Assembly (NCBI GenBank): GCA_023457435.1
Contig: JAEWLS010000020.1
Span: 19,932-83,931 of the forward strand
Length of the DNA: 64,000 bases
Origin: Pseudomonadota bacterium
Lineage (GTDB): Bacteria; Pseudomonadota; Alphaproteobacteria; Rhizobiales; Rhizobiaceae
Reading direction: 5' to 3'
The notes under the pieces were generated by a model. The model saw only the letters and a program-made list of their open reading frames with translations. It was not told the DNA's origin and did no database searches. Both the position numbers and the translations under genes were made by a program. Position 1 is the stretch's first letter. Each line of letters opens with the position of its first letter. Of this stretch, positions 48,601-58,047 are shown piece by piece.

Positions 48601-49091
48601 TCCAGATCCTGTCCTACCCAGGACGCGGAACCCGCTTTTCGGTCATTTTGCCGCGCAGCTCCAGCGTGCCGGCAGCGGCAGTGGAGTCGAAGCCCCAGCG
48701 ACGCGCCACCGACATGCTCGACGGCATGGCGGTGCTGTGCATTGACAACGACCCGCGTATTCTCGACGGCATGCGCCTGCTGCTGGAGGGCTGGGGATGC
48801 GTGGTGCAAACGGCCCGGAGCTTCTCAGAACTTGACCCGGCCGCCCAGGCCCCGAGCGTGGTATTGGTTGACTACCACCTCGATCGCGAAAGCGGTCTGG
48901 ATGTCATCGCCGCACTGCGCCGCCGCTTCGGAGTTGACCTGCCGGCCGCGCTGGTCACCGCCGACCGGTCGACGGATCTGCGCATGTCCGCGGCGAAGGC
49001 CGACATCACCATCATCAACAAACCGGTGAAGCCCGCTGTGCTACGCACGATGCTGACCCGGCATCGGCGGATGCTTTCGGCGGCGGAGTGA
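45609..49091 (+). CDS. prlS: Hybrid histidine kinase with N-terminal Na+/solute symporter domain (PrlS/CrbS type)
   Basis: SLC5-like TM domain (LSLAIYCTSWTFFGSVG), PAS region, H-box AGHDILQPL, HATPase (DTGIG, GLGLGL), C-terminal REC. Confidence 0.9.
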   Translation: MMGLFVVAIAVAYVSLLFAVASIGDRRAARIDPSRPRPYIYALSLAIYCTSWTFFGSVGLASERNWEFLAIYIGPVLVFVFGFPLIRRLIRLTKSEKITSIADFLAARYGKSFAVASIATIIATVGVIPYIALQLKAISDSVSLMVEHYSGGPPVIDFFISDISLMVALLLALFAVLFGTRHADATEHQNGLVLAVAVESIVKLAAFMAVGLIVTFLVFGGPSDLMRQVTASPDVRQAIEYRTSPGSWIVLTTLSGLAILFLPRQFYVTMVENRHEDEVRTANWLLPLYLILINVFVVPIAFAGLALVGDRTSADLYVLSLPLLQGREGLAMLAFIGGLSAATAMVIVESVALSIMISNDLVMPVFLRGFLKRNPKQDEDVSTIILNVRRAAIFIILFVAFLYYRETTTNTRLAAIGLISFAAIAQFAPALIGGLIWRGANARGAVLGMIAGGVTWAYTLLMPSLAPPDTAVLTDGLFGIADLRPQALFGTVAIPLNHGVMWSLALNTLFFVLGSLTRPAMPLERIQAAIFVPRDPSPMPVLRRFRTAVTVNDLKDTISRYLGVERTERSFRTFETSEGVTLSPGQQASMPVIRFSEQLLASAVGSSSSRLILSLLFQRNDSTKRDALRLLDDASEALQHNRDLLQTALDQMEQGITVFDKDLRLICWNRQYRSLFDLPDELGQVGVSVAELLRHLVERGDLRPSDEDAMLNRLTSFDRPWQIELLSQKRTVEVRSNPMPDGGVVATYADVTARVAADLALKRVNETLEHRVQARTAELVQVNEELAQAQMLAEEANLGKTRFLAAAGHDILQPLNAARLYCSSLLESAPPGTLRSVAVNIESSLDSVETILGAVLDISRLDTGALKPVETTFLISDLLRQVATDFQPMAAEKELDLTIMPSSLAVTTDRNLFRRLVQNLVSNAIKYTRSGRILIGVRRRGDLAELQVLDTGIGIAGDKLNTVFREFIRLEEGAREAAGLGLGLSIVDRIARVLRLEIQILSYPGRGTRFSVILPRSSSVPAAAVESKPQRRATDMLDGMAVLCIDNDPRILDGMRLLLEGWGCVVQTARSFSELDPAAQAPSVVLVDYHLDRESGLDVIAALRRRFGVDLPAALVTADRSTDLRMSAAKADITIINKPVKPAVLRTMLTRHRRMLSAAE

Positions 49092-49098
49092 CCAGGCT

Positions 49099-49752
49099 CT
49101 AGTTCAGTCCTACGACGTCGGCGCCGATGCGTGAAAGGCGGATGACGGCCTGGGTGCGACTATCGACGCCGAGCTTCTGGAGCACGGCAGAGACGTGCGC
49201 CTTGATCGTCGCCTCCGAGACCTGCAACTCGTAGGCGATCTGCTTGTTCAGCATGCCCTCCGCAATCATCCCCAACACACGCGACTGCTGCGGCGTCAAC
49301 GCCTGAAGACGCTGAATGAGGTCCGATATCTCCGGGTCACCCTCGGTGCCGAGGTCGATGCCGGGAGGCGTATGGATGCCTCCGTTGAGCACTGTCGAAA
49401 CCGCCGAGCGAATCTCGTCCATGCTTGCGGATTTCGAAATGAACCCGGATGCGCCGAGTTCCAGCGCGCGGCGGACGGTCTGCGGATCGTCATGAGCAGA
49501 GACAACGATGGTGGGCAGGGTGGCGTTCAGGCCACGCAGCGCAACGAGGCCGGATAATCCGCTTGCGCCGGGCATCGTCAGGTCGAGAAGCACAAGATCG
49601 GCATCGTCGTTGGCGGCGATCGTGTCCTTGACCGTATCGAAGTCTCCAGCCTCGAGTATCTCCGCGTCGCAGCCCATTCCGGCAAGCGCCTGCTTCAGCG
49701 CGCCGCGAAACAGCGGATGATCGTCCGCGATGACGAATTTGAATTCCGCCAA
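49099..49752 (-). CDS. prlR: LuxR/NarL family response regulator (PrlR/CrbR type)
   Basis: IADDHPLFR, LLDLTMPG, LTPQQ..VL, NKQIAYEL; convergent with the kinase. Confidence 0.88.
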   Translation of the reverse strand: MAEFKFVIADDHPLFRGALKQALAGMGCDAEILEAGDFDTVKDTIAANDDADLVLLDLTMPGASGLSGLVALRGLNATLPTIVVSAHDDPQTVRRALELGASGFISKSASMDEIRSAVSTVLNGGIHTPPGIDLGTEGDPEISDLIQRLQALTPQQSRVLGMIAEGMLNKQIAYELQVSEATIKAHVSAVLQKLGVDSRTQAVIRLSRIGADVVGLN

Positions 49753-49839
49753 AGTCCCGCCTCGTCCCCGTCCGCGTCTCGTGCGCGGTTCTCTTAGCGA
49801 TTATGCGGGGAGCGAAGTCCTGATTGCAAGGAGCGCAGT

Positions 49840-50253
49840 TCAGGTGCGGTCAGGCGCCTTCCTGGATTCGTCCCCGAACTCCCGTTCGAAATCGCGGGCA
49901 ACGCCCATGAAGCTGCGCATCATGCGCTCCATGTAGCCCAGAGCGCGATCGACCTCTTCGTCGCTCGGCAGCGCGGCGATGGCGGGCGCCTTCTCGACCG
50001 TGGCGAGACGCTCCTCGACGGCGGCTAGCCGCTTTTCCAGTTCGGCGACCGCATCGGACGCGATGGCCGCGCCCGCGGCGGTGCGGCAGTCGAGGGCTGA
50101 CTCCTTCTCGACGCAGTACGTCATGTCGCCAGTCAGGGTATCCATCCGGACGAAGCCAGTATCGGTACGTTCCAACCGGAAGCGGGCTTCATCGGCAGCG
50201 AACGCGCCGGTTGCGAGTATCGAGGCGGTGGCGGCGACAAGTGCGAGGCGCAT
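49840..50253 (-). CDS. Exported hypothetical protein with coiled-coil
   Basis: Signal peptide; RFRLERTDTGFVRMDTLTG, two Cys, LPSDEEVDRAL. Confidence 0.75.
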   Translation of the reverse strand: MRLALVAATASILATGAFAADEARFRLERTDTGFVRMDTLTGDMTYCVEKESALDCRTAAGAAIASDAVAELEKRLAAVEERLATVEKAPAIAALPSDEEVDRALGYMERMMRSFMGVARDFEREFGDESRKAPDRT

Positions 50254-50375
50254 GACATGAACCCTCCGTGAAGAAACCAGATTCCGCGCGCATTGCGCCC
50301 GAATTGCGGTTGATATTGCGCGGCTCGATCGGGCATGGGCTTCTGCAAAGCGCGCCTGCATCCTATACCCGCAGC

Positions 50376-50717
50376 ATGACGGATTTGATCTACAAGATCT
50401 GCACGACAGCCCAGTGGCGGGAGGCGGTCAGAACTGGGCGGTTCGACGGCGCTCCAATCGACATCACGGATGGCTTTATCCACTTTTCGACAGCCGAGCA
50501 GGTCGCCGAAACCGCGGCAAAGCACTTTGCCGGTCAGGATGGACTGCTGCTCGTTGCGGTCGATGCGACGAAGCTTGGCGATGGCCTCAGATACGAGGTT
50601 TCACGCGGCGGCCGGCTCTTCCCTCACCTATACGCTGCTCTGCCGCTCGCTGCCGTCGTCTCCGCCGAGCCAATGCCGCTAGGGCCCGACGGACGCCACG
50701 ATATCCGGCTGCCATGA
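50376..50717 (+). CDS. DUF952 family protein
   Basis: IYKI, DGFIHFST, SRGGRLFPHLY; coupled to pyrD. Confidence 0.92.
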   Translation: MTDLIYKICTTAQWREAVRTGRFDGAPIDITDGFIHFSTAEQVAETAAKHFAGQDGLLLVAVDATKLGDGLRYEVSRGGRLFPHLYAALPLAAVVSAEPMPLGPDGRHDIRLP

Positions 50718-51793
50718 GCATCGGCGCCGCTGCGACCCGCCTTCTTTTCGCGCTGGAGCCGGAACAGGCGCACAAGCTTTCCCTGACCGCGCTGAAGACA
50801 GGCCTTCTGCCCGCTGCACCGCCCGCGCCCGACCCGCGCCTATCGGTCACCGTCGCAGGCCTGCGTTTTCCCAATCCGCTCGGCATGGCCGCTGGGTACG
50901 ACAAGGATGCCGAGGTACCGGACGCACTGTTGCGACTCGGGTTCGGTTTCGCCGAAGTCGGAACGATCACACCGCTCGCGCAAGCGGGCAATCCGCGCCC
51001 GCGCATATTCCGGCTGCCGGGCGACAGCGCCGTCATCAACCGGCTCGGCTTCAACAATGGCGGGCACGATGCCGCCTATCGCCAGCTCTCAGCACGGCGG
51101 TCCACCGGCATCGTCGGAATCAATATCGGGGCGAACAAGGACAGCACCGATCGGATCGGCGACTATGCAGCGGGCGCGAAACGCTTCGCACGGCTTGCCT
51201 CCTACCTCACCGTCAACATCTCCTCACCGAACACGCCGGGTTTGCGAAACCTGCAGAGCCGAGCCGCGCTTTCCGAACTCCTCTCGCGGGTCAGGGAGGC
51301 GCGCGCGGACAGCGGGGCGCACCCGCCGATCTTCCTCAAGATCGCACCGGACCTTGACGCTGACGAGATGACCGAGATCGCGCAAGAGGTCCTCGCGCAT
51401 GAGATCGAAGGGTTGATCGTCTCAAACACCACTCTTTCTCGGGACCACGTATCCGGTGCGCAGGCAGCGGAATCGGGCGGCCTCTCTGGAAAACCGCTGT
51501 TCGCGCGTTCGACGGCGGTCCTCGCGCGCATGCGGCGGCTGGTAGGTCCAGGCCTCGCCATCATCGGCGCCGGGGGTGTCTCCACAGCGGAGGATGCGCT
51601 CGAAAAGATCCGCGCCGGGGCCGACCTCGTGCAGCTTTACACCGGCATGATCTATGGGGGGCCCGGACTGCCGGCCCGTATCGTGCGCGGCCTTGCTCGC
51701 TATTGCACGGAGCATGGCGTGGCTTCTATCGCGTTGATGCGCGACCAGAGTGTTCAGCGGTGGGCTGAGACGCCGCTCAGCGGCGCCAGCTGA
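50714..51793 (+). CDS. pyrD: Quinone-dependent dihydroorotate dehydrogenase
   Basis: NPLGMAAGYDK, INRLGFNN, NISSPNTPGLR, KIAPD, GGLSGKP. Confidence 0.96.
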   Translation: MSIGAAATRLLFALEPEQAHKLSLTALKTGLLPAAPPAPDPRLSVTVAGLRFPNPLGMAAGYDKDAEVPDALLRLGFGFAEVGTITPLAQAGNPRPRIFRLPGDSAVINRLGFNNGGHDAAYRQLSARRSTGIVGINIGANKDSTDRIGDYAAGAKRFARLASYLTVNISSPNTPGLRNLQSRAALSELLSRVREARADSGAHPPIFLKIAPDLDADEMTEIAQEVLAHEIEGLIVSNTTLSRDHVSGAQAAESGGLSGKPLFARSTAVLARMRRLVGPGLAIIGAGGVSTAEDALEKIRAGADLVQLYTGMIYGGPGLPARIVRGLARYCTEHGVASIALMRDQSVQRWAETPLSGAS

Positions 51794-52040
51794 CGAGCCG
51801 CAGAAGGAGGAAGACCGGAATCACGATCGCCGCGCCGGCGATCATGTATTCCCCGAACCTGCCGAGCGCCTCGAAGCCCGTTTCCCAGAGTGCCACGACG
51901 AAGTCGCGCGCCGAGCGCATCAGGTCCCACGGAGTCCAGTCGAAAGCGCTCATCACCAGGCCAACGATGAACGACAGGATCAACAGCTTCAGCAGTGCGC
52001 GGAGCGGCGTGTCGCCGAGGAATCGGGTCAGTGCGGTCAA
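51777..52040 (-). CDS. Small membrane protein (DUF6460-like)
   Basis: RFLGDTPLR.LLKL.ILS..VG...GAAIVIP. Confidence 0.75.
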   Translation of the reverse strand: MTALTRFLGDTPLRALLKLLILSFIVGLVMSAFDWTPWDLMRSARDFVVALWETGFEALGRFGEYMIAGAAIVIPVFLLLRLVSWRR

Positions 52041-52144
52041 GGCGTCTCCAGGGCGGCAATCGCTTCGCCGGGCATCGGGGCGCGGAAACTAGGCCGGCAC
52101 CAATACCTTGTCCACCCGGACCACCAGCGATAGGCCGACAGCGG

Positions 52145-53296
52145 TCAGATCAGCTTGCGCTCAGCAAGGTTGCGCATCAGCGCGCGCGTCCCGAAGGTCC
52201 AGGGCTGGCACTCGGTGGACAGGCGCACCGTGTTCACGAGCCGGCCGAGGCCGGGCGACGAGATTTCGACCACGTCGCCCATCTTGTGGGTAAAGCCTTC
52301 GCCGGGAACGTCGCGATCCTGCGTCGGTGCGAACAGCGTGCCGAGGAAGAGCATCAGCCCATCCGGGTACTGATGGTGCCTGCCCACGGTCTGGCGAACG
52401 AGTTCCTGCGGATCGCGGCTTATCGCGCTCATCGAAGAATGTCCGGTCAGGCGAAAACCGTCTTCACCGACGACCGACAGGTCGAGTTCGGCAGCACGCA
52501 CGTCGTCAAGCGTGAACGTCTTGTCGAAAAGCCGGATCATCGGTCCGATGGCGCAGCTCGCATTGTTGTCCTTCGCCTTCGACAGAAGCAGCGCCGACCG
52601 GCCCTCGACATCGCGCAGATTGACGTCGTTTCCGAGAGTAGCACCGACGATCCGCCCGGCGGACGACACCGCAAGCACGATCTCGGGCTCGGGGTTGTTC
52701 CACCGCGATATGGGGTGCAGGCCGACCTCCGCGCCAGGACCGACCGCGGACAGGACCTGCGCCTTGGAGAACACCTCGGCATCCGGCCCTATGCCGACCT
52801 CAAGGTACTGGCTCCACAGTTTTTCCGCGATGAGGGCGGCCTTAACCCGCGCCGCTTCCTCGGACCCCGCCTTGACGTTGCGCAGCGAGCCGCCGATAGC
52901 CGCGCCGACGCGCTCCCTTATCTCCTGAGCGCGCTTCGGATCGCCCGCCGCCTTCTCCTCGATGACGCGCTCGACCATGGACGAGGCGAAGGTCACGCCG
53001 CACGCCTTCACCGCCTGGAGATCGCAGGGCGCGAGGAAATGGGGGCGCGACAGATCGCCGGGGCGGCTCGCGGCGATTTCCTCCAGGCTGCCGACCTCTC
53101 TGCCGGGAGCGCCCGCAACGTAGGCCGCCGGGTCGTCCATCTCGCAGATGTCGGACACCAGGGGGGCGGCGGGCGCGGTGATGTCGAGGACCATCGTCTT
53201 GTGGACGGTCACCACCGCCGGCCCTCGCTCCTGCGGCGACCAGATCCGCCCGAGGAAGACGCCATCGCGATCGCGATCATGTGGAAAGAAGGACAT
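52145..53296 (-). CDS. Fumarylacetoacetate hydrolase family protein (XylX-like 2-keto-3-deoxy-sugar-acid dehydratase)
   Basis: KACGVTF, WNNPEPE, GNDVNLRDVEGRSALLL.KAKDN, LFLGT. Confidence 0.88.
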   Translation of the reverse strand: MSFFPHDRDRDGVFLGRIWSPQERGPAVVTVHKTMVLDITAPAAPLVSDICEMDDPAAYVAGAPGREVGSLEEIAASRPGDLSRPHFLAPCDLQAVKACGVTFASSMVERVIEEKAAGDPKRAQEIRERVGAAIGGSLRNVKAGSEEAARVKAALIAEKLWSQYLEVGIGPDAEVFSKAQVLSAVGPGAEVGLHPISRWNNPEPEIVLAVSSAGRIVGATLGNDVNLRDVEGRSALLLSKAKDNNASCAIGPMIRLFDKTFTLDDVRAAELDLSVVGEDGFRLTGHSSMSAISRDPQELVRQTVGRHHQYPDGLMLFLGTLFAPTQDRDVPGEGFTHKMGDVVEISSPGLGRLVNTVRLSTECQPWTFGTRALMRNLAERKLI

Positions 53297-53321
53297 TCGA
53301 CCTCAGCAGCAGAGCAGGCGT

Positions 53322-53332
53322 TGGTCCAACAA
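53322..53332. promoter_or_regulatory. Putative FadR/GntR box 1
   Basis: TGGTCCAACAA, with an identical copy at 53428; fits the TGGT-N3-ACMA FadR-subfamily pattern. Confidence 0.6.
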
Positions 53333-53427
53333 TTATTCCATGGGTACGGTCTCCGCAATTGTTCGACGCTGCGAAATTCGCTTCCTTGAGCACCAGTTGA
53401 CAGGCGGCTATCGCACCCCTACCAATC

Positions 53428-53438
53428 TGGTCCAACAA
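53428..53438. promoter_or_regulatory. Putative FadR/GntR box 2
   Basis: TGGTCCAACAA, just upstream of the regulator start. Confidence 0.6.
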
Positions 53439-53460
53439 ATACAGGGCGCGCCCAGCCGCA

Positions 53461-54195
53461 ATGGCTTCCGAACCGCAAAATCCAGCCTCCTCTCCAGACC
53501 TTTCGCCGGTTCAGGATTCGGCGGTGGACGCTGTGGTACGGCAAATGCGCGGCCTGATCGCGGAAGCGGGCCTGAAGGTCGGCGACAGCCTGCCAACCGA
53601 GCGCGAGCTGTGCGCGCAGTTCAACGCCAGCCGCAACACCGTGCGCGAGGCGATGCGTATTCTAAAGGCCTACGGCATGGTCGAGGTGCGGCCGAAGGTC
53701 GGCGCGACCATCATCGACAATCGGATGGCCAGGGCGTTCGAGCTCTTTTCGTTCAATACGATGGAGGTTTCGCGCAAGACTTTCGCCGACGTGCAGGCAT
53801 TTCGCGACCTCATCGAGGTCGGCGCGGCCGACCGGATCATGGAACGGCTGGCCGACGCGGATGTGGAGGAACTTCGCCGCATCAACGTCCGGCTTTCGGA
53901 GATCCAGGACCTTCAGGAGGCGTCGGAGGTCGACTTCTCGCTCCATCTGCGGCTGGTCTCCATCCTGGGAAACGATGCGATCCTCAACGTTTACGCGGTG
54001 ATGAAGCCGATCGTCTTGCGCATCATGCAGAAGGGCAAGACACGGCGAACCTTCAAGACGCAGACCTTCTCGGAGCACGAGGGGGTCCTCGACGCGCTCG
54101 CGGAGCGCGACCTGCTGGCATTCCAGTACCGACTGCGAAACCACCTGATGACCGGCTTCAAGTTCTTCAACGAGGAGATGGAAGCTTCGGCCTGA
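53461..54195 (+). CDS. FadR/GntR family regulator
   Basis: GDSLPTERELCAQFNASRNTVREA wHTH; FCD domain. Confidence 0.93.
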   Translation: MASEPQNPASSPDLSPVQDSAVDAVVRQMRGLIAEAGLKVGDSLPTERELCAQFNASRNTVREAMRILKAYGMVEVRPKVGATIIDNRMARAFELFSFNTMEVSRKTFADVQAFRDLIEVGAADRIMERLADADVEELRRINVRLSEIQDLQEASEVDFSLHLRLVSILGNDAILNVYAVMKPIVLRIMQKGKTRRTFKTQTFSEHEGVLDALAERDLLAFQYRLRNHLMTGFKFFNEEMEASA

Positions 54196-54287
54196 CCAAT
54201 TCCGGGCCGAAGGCCCTGGAATATCCAAGCGAGGCGAGCGGCGCCGGCCGCCTCGATCCACACCATCCGGCGCGTGGGAGGAATTCG

Positions 54288-55424
54288 ATGAAAGGACTGC
54301 TCAAGCTTTCAACGGCGCTCGGAGCGCTCGTGCTCGCTTCGCAGATCGCGATGGCGGGCCCGAGCACGGTCTCGGGGCCGGGTGCGGATCCGTCGTGCTT
54401 TGCACCATGGTCCGCCAGCACGAAATACATGAAGTGGGACGCCAAGCCGGGACCCTACCGCATCGCCATCGTCAACGGTTTCGTCGGGAACACCTGGCGT
54501 ATCCAGATGATCAAGACGGCGAAGGCGTTCGCGCAGGACCCGTCGATGAAGGACAAGATCAAGGAGTTCAAGGTCGTCTCGACCGGCACGGACGCGCCCG
54601 CGCAGCTCGGCGCGATCGAGGACTTCATCAACCAGGGCTTCGACGCGATCGTCACGATCGCCGTGTCTCCCGACGGTTTCGACCGCGTCATCCGCCTCGC
54701 CGACAGGAACAACGTGGTCCTGGTGCCGTTCGACAACGTGCTCGACACCGACGCCGTCATGCAGGTCAACGAGGACCAGCTGGCGATGGGCAAGACCTGG
54801 GCAGAATTCACGCTGAAAGAGCTCAAGGCCGCCGGCAAGACGTCCGGCAAGCTGCTCGAAGTGCGCGGTCTGCCGGGCAATTCCGTCGACCGCGACCGCT
54901 CGGTCGGCATCAACGACACGCTCAAGGCTTCTGGCGGAAACTGGGAGGTCGTGCAGGTCGTCGGAAACTGGGACGACGGCACGGCGCAGAAGGTGACGGC
55001 CGACGCCATCGCGGTACATGGCAAGTTCGACGCGATCCTCGCGCAGGGCGGCACAACGGGCGTCGTGCAGGCGATGATGGACGCGAAGCACCCGATGGTG
55101 CCGGTTGCCGGCGAGTCGGAGAACGGCTTCCGCAAGCTGATGGCAAAACATTCGGCCGAGGGGCTGAAGGGCATCTCGATCGGCCAGTCGCCGGGTCTCG
55201 TCGCGATCGCGATGAAGGCGGCCGTCTCAGCGCTCGAGGGCAATCCGATGCCGCAGCTCATCTCCGTGCCGCTACCGGTCGCGACCTACGACCAGCTGAA
55301 GGACGGCGTGAACTTCTGGAGCGACCTGCCCGACAACTTCTTCACGGTGAACGAGTTTCCGCCGTGCGGCGTGAACATCTCGGGCCCCGCGATCATGTCG
55401 CAGAGCGAAGCCGACGTGAAGTAA
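54288..55424 (+). CDS. Sugar ABC substrate-binding protein (RbsB-like)
   Basis: Signal peptide, GNTWRIQM, GFDAIV, VPFDN, RGLPG; ATG after GGAGG. Confidence 0.9.
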   Translation: MKGLLKLSTALGALVLASQIAMAGPSTVSGPGADPSCFAPWSASTKYMKWDAKPGPYRIAIVNGFVGNTWRIQMIKTAKAFAQDPSMKDKIKEFKVVSTGTDAPAQLGAIEDFINQGFDAIVTIAVSPDGFDRVIRLADRNNVVLVPFDNVLDTDAVMQVNEDQLAMGKTWAEFTLKELKAAGKTSGKLLEVRGLPGNSVDRDRSVGINDTLKASGGNWEVVQVVGNWDDGTAQKVTADAIAVHGKFDAILAQGGTTGVVQAMMDAKHPMVPVAGESENGFRKLMAKHSAEGLKGISIGQSPGLVAIAMKAAVSALEGNPMPQLISVPLPVATYDQLKDGVNFWSDLPDNFFTVNEFPPCGVNISGPAIMSQSEADVK

Positions 55425-55474
55425 TCGGCTCGGCGGCTCCGCTTCCCGCGGGGCCGCCTTTCCCTTCCCAAAAG

Positions 55475-57001
55475 ATGAACGGCATGTCGCAGGCGACCGT
55501 CGAATACCGCGGTATCTCGAAACATTTCGCGGGCGTGCGGGCGCTCGAGGGGGTCGATTTCTCGTGCCGGCCCGGCTCGATCCATGGCGTTCTGGGCGAA
55601 AACGGCGCCGGCAAATCCACACTCATCAAGATCATGGCCGGCGTGCTGCGCCCGGACAAAGGCGAGATGCTGGTCGACGGGAGACCGGTGTCCTTCACCC
55701 ATCCGCAGGACGCCACCAAGGCCGGCATCGTCTGCATGTTCCAGGAACTGTCGCTTGTCCCCGATCTGAGTGTCGCGGACAATATCGCGATCGCGGATCC
55801 GCCCAGACGCTTCGGGCTGATCGACGGCAATGCGCAGCGCCAGCGCGCGCGGGAACTGCTGGCCAGAGTGCGCTGCGACGATGTCGACCCCAACATGCTG
55901 GTCCGCGAGCTTTCGCTTTCACGGCGCCAGATGGTCGAGATCGCCAAGGCGCTCGGCCGCGACCCGAAGGTTCTGATCCTCGACGAGGCGACGTCGGCGC
56001 TTACGTCGCGCGACGTGCAGACCGTCTACGACCTGCTCGGCGAACTGAAGGCGCAGGGTGCCTCGATCCTGTTCATCTCGCATCGCATGAACGAGGTCGA
56101 CACACTGTGCGACACGCTCTCGGTGTTTCGCAACGGACGGCACATCGAAACATTCGCGAAGGGCGAGAAGAGCGACCGCCAGATCGTCAACCTGATGATC
56201 GGCCGTGACGTCGAAGCCAAGTTCCCGCCGCGACGCGCTCCCGGGCCGTCCGACAGCGAACCGGTACTCCGAGTCCGCGACCTGACCTGGCAAAATCAGT
56301 TGAACGGCATCTCGCTGAACATCTCGCGCGGCGAGATCGTCGGTCTCGGCGGCCTCGACGGTCAAGGCCAGAAGGAATTGCTGCTGGCGCTGTTCGGCGT
56401 GCTTCGCGATGTCGGAGGCGAGATCACCATAGGCGGACGGCGCGGACTGCCCGCTTCCCCCGCAGCGGCGAAAACCGCCGCCACGCGGATGGCCCTGGTG
56501 CCCGAAGACCGCAAGAGCGAAGGGCTCATGCTCGGGCTTTCGATTGCCGACAACCTTCTCGCGGCTTCCTTCGCAAACATATCGCGCGGGCCGTTTATCG
56601 ACGCGGCTCTGGCGCGGCGCTCGGTCAACACCGCCATCGAGCGGCTGCAGATCAAGCTCGGCTCGCCCGCCGACGCGGTCATGACGCTCTCCGGCGGCAA
56701 TCAGCAAAAGGTGGTCATCGCGAAGTGGCTGGCGATCGACCCCGACATCATACTGCTGAACGATCCCACACGCGGGATCGATGTCGGCACCAAGCAGGAG
56801 ATCTACCGGCTGATGCGCGATCTTGCCGCCCAGGGGAAGGCGATCCTGTTTTATTCTTCGGACTATGCGGAACTGATCGGCTGCTGCGACCGCGTCGCCG
56901 TGCTCTATGGCGGCCGCGTGGTGGCCGAAAGGGTGGGTGACGAGATCACCGAAGAAAGCCTCGTCGCCGCATCGCTCAACATCGACGTCGAGGCTGCCTG
57001 A
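55475..57001 (+). CDS. Sugar ABC ATPase (RbsA-like, tandem NBD)
   Basis: GENGAGKS, DEATSAL, PEDRKSEG, LSGGNQQK, DPTRGIDVG. Confidence 0.95.
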   Translation: MNGMSQATVEYRGISKHFAGVRALEGVDFSCRPGSIHGVLGENGAGKSTLIKIMAGVLRPDKGEMLVDGRPVSFTHPQDATKAGIVCMFQELSLVPDLSVADNIAIADPPRRFGLIDGNAQRQRARELLARVRCDDVDPNMLVRELSLSRRQMVEIAKALGRDPKVLILDEATSALTSRDVQTVYDLLGELKAQGASILFISHRMNEVDTLCDTLSVFRNGRHIETFAKGEKSDRQIVNLMIGRDVEAKFPPRRAPGPSDSEPVLRVRDLTWQNQLNGISLNISRGEIVGLGGLDGQGQKELLLALFGVLRDVGGEITIGGRRGLPASPAAAKTAATRMALVPEDRKSEGLMLGLSIADNLLAASFANISRGPFIDAALARRSVNTAIERLQIKLGSPADAVMTLSGGNQQKVVIAKWLAIDPDIILLNDPTRGIDVGTKQEIYRLMRDLAAQGKAILFYSSDYAELIGCCDRVAVLYGGRVVAERVGDEITEESLVAASLNIDVEAA

Positions 57002-58047
57002 TGAAGGCTGCGGCATTGGCGCGGTGGTTTCGCCAGAACAGGGGCTTTGCGGGGGCGCTGGCATTACTCGCGGTGCTCTACCTGACCTACAATGTCATGC
57101 ACCCGCGCGGGTTCTCGTCCGCAGTGGCAATCCAGAACGCCAACGAGGCGGCAGCGATCGCCTTCGTGGCGATGGCGCAGACCGTGCCGGTGCTGCTCGG
57201 CGGTCTCGACCTTTCCGTCGGCGCGGTGATGACCCTTGCAAGTTGCATCGCATCGGCGACGGTGAACGGCTCGCCGGCCGAAATCCTGTTCGGGATGGTG
57301 CTGACGCTGCTTTCGGGCACGGCTTTCGGCTTCCTCAACGGCTGCATCGTCGTCTACGGCCGGATACAGCCGATCATCGCGACGCTCGCCACCGGCGCGG
57401 TCGCCATGGGCCTTGCGCTGCTCGTGCGGCCGAGGCCCGGCGGCGACATAGACGGCGACCTGTCCTGGGCCCTGACGAACTCGGTCTGGGATCTTGCCGA
57501 CACCTACGGCTTCGCGGACGGGGGCGAGGCATGGTGGCTGGCGCCGTTTCGCGACATACCGGTCCCGTTTCTGTTGATCGTCCTCGTCGCCGCGCTGATC
57601 TGGGTACCGTTCCGCCGCACCGTCACTGGCCGCACCGTCTATGCGATCGGCTCGGCGGAGGGCGCGGCGTTCATGTCCGGACTGCCGATCGCAAGGGCCA
57701 AGATCGCGGCCTTCACGCTCGCCGGGTTCTTTGCCGCATGCGGAGGCCTCTATCTTGCGATCCAGACATCCTCCGGCAACGCCGACATCCAGCAGGCGGG
57801 CACCTACACGCTGAACTCGATCGCCGCGGTCGTGCTCGGCGGCACCTCTTTGCTAGGGGGCGTCGGGTCGGCCATCGGGAGCATCGTCGGCGCGATGATC
57901 CTGCGTGTCATCGCCTTCTACTTCCGCATCCTCGACATCGACCCGTTGCTGCAGCCGCTGATCGAAGGCCTCGTGCTTCTCGTCGCCGTCTCGTTCGGCG
58001 CGTTCCGCACGCTCAGGGTCAAGAACAAGCTCGATCTGTTCAGGTGA
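57001..58047 (+). CDS. Sugar ABC permease (RbsC-like)
   Basis: GGLDLSVG, PIIATLA, GRTVYAIG, IAAVVLGGTSL.GG.G. Confidence 0.93.
   Translation: MKAAALARWFRQNRGFAGALALLAVLYLTYNVMHPRGFSSAVAIQNANEAAAIAFVAMAQTVPVLLGGLDLSVGAVMTLASCIASATVNGSPAEILFGMVLTLLSGTAFGFLNGCIVVYGRIQPIIATLATGAVAMGLALLVRPRPGGDIDGDLSWALTNSVWDLADTYGFADGGEAWWLAPFRDIPVPFLLIVLVAALIWVPFRRTVTGRTVYAIGSAEGAAFMSGLPIARAKIAAFTLAGFFAACGGLYLAIQTSSGNADIQQAGTYTLNSIAAVVLGGTSLLGGVGSAIGSIVGAMILRVIAFYFRILDIDPLLQPLIEGLVLLVAVSFGAFRTLRVKNKLDLFR

Noticed and set aside
53148..57001. Very long ORFs (758 and 868 aa) suggesting SBP or ATPase fusions
   Set aside because: Their N-terminal parts are off-frame readings of adjacent genes; real starts are 54288 and about 55475
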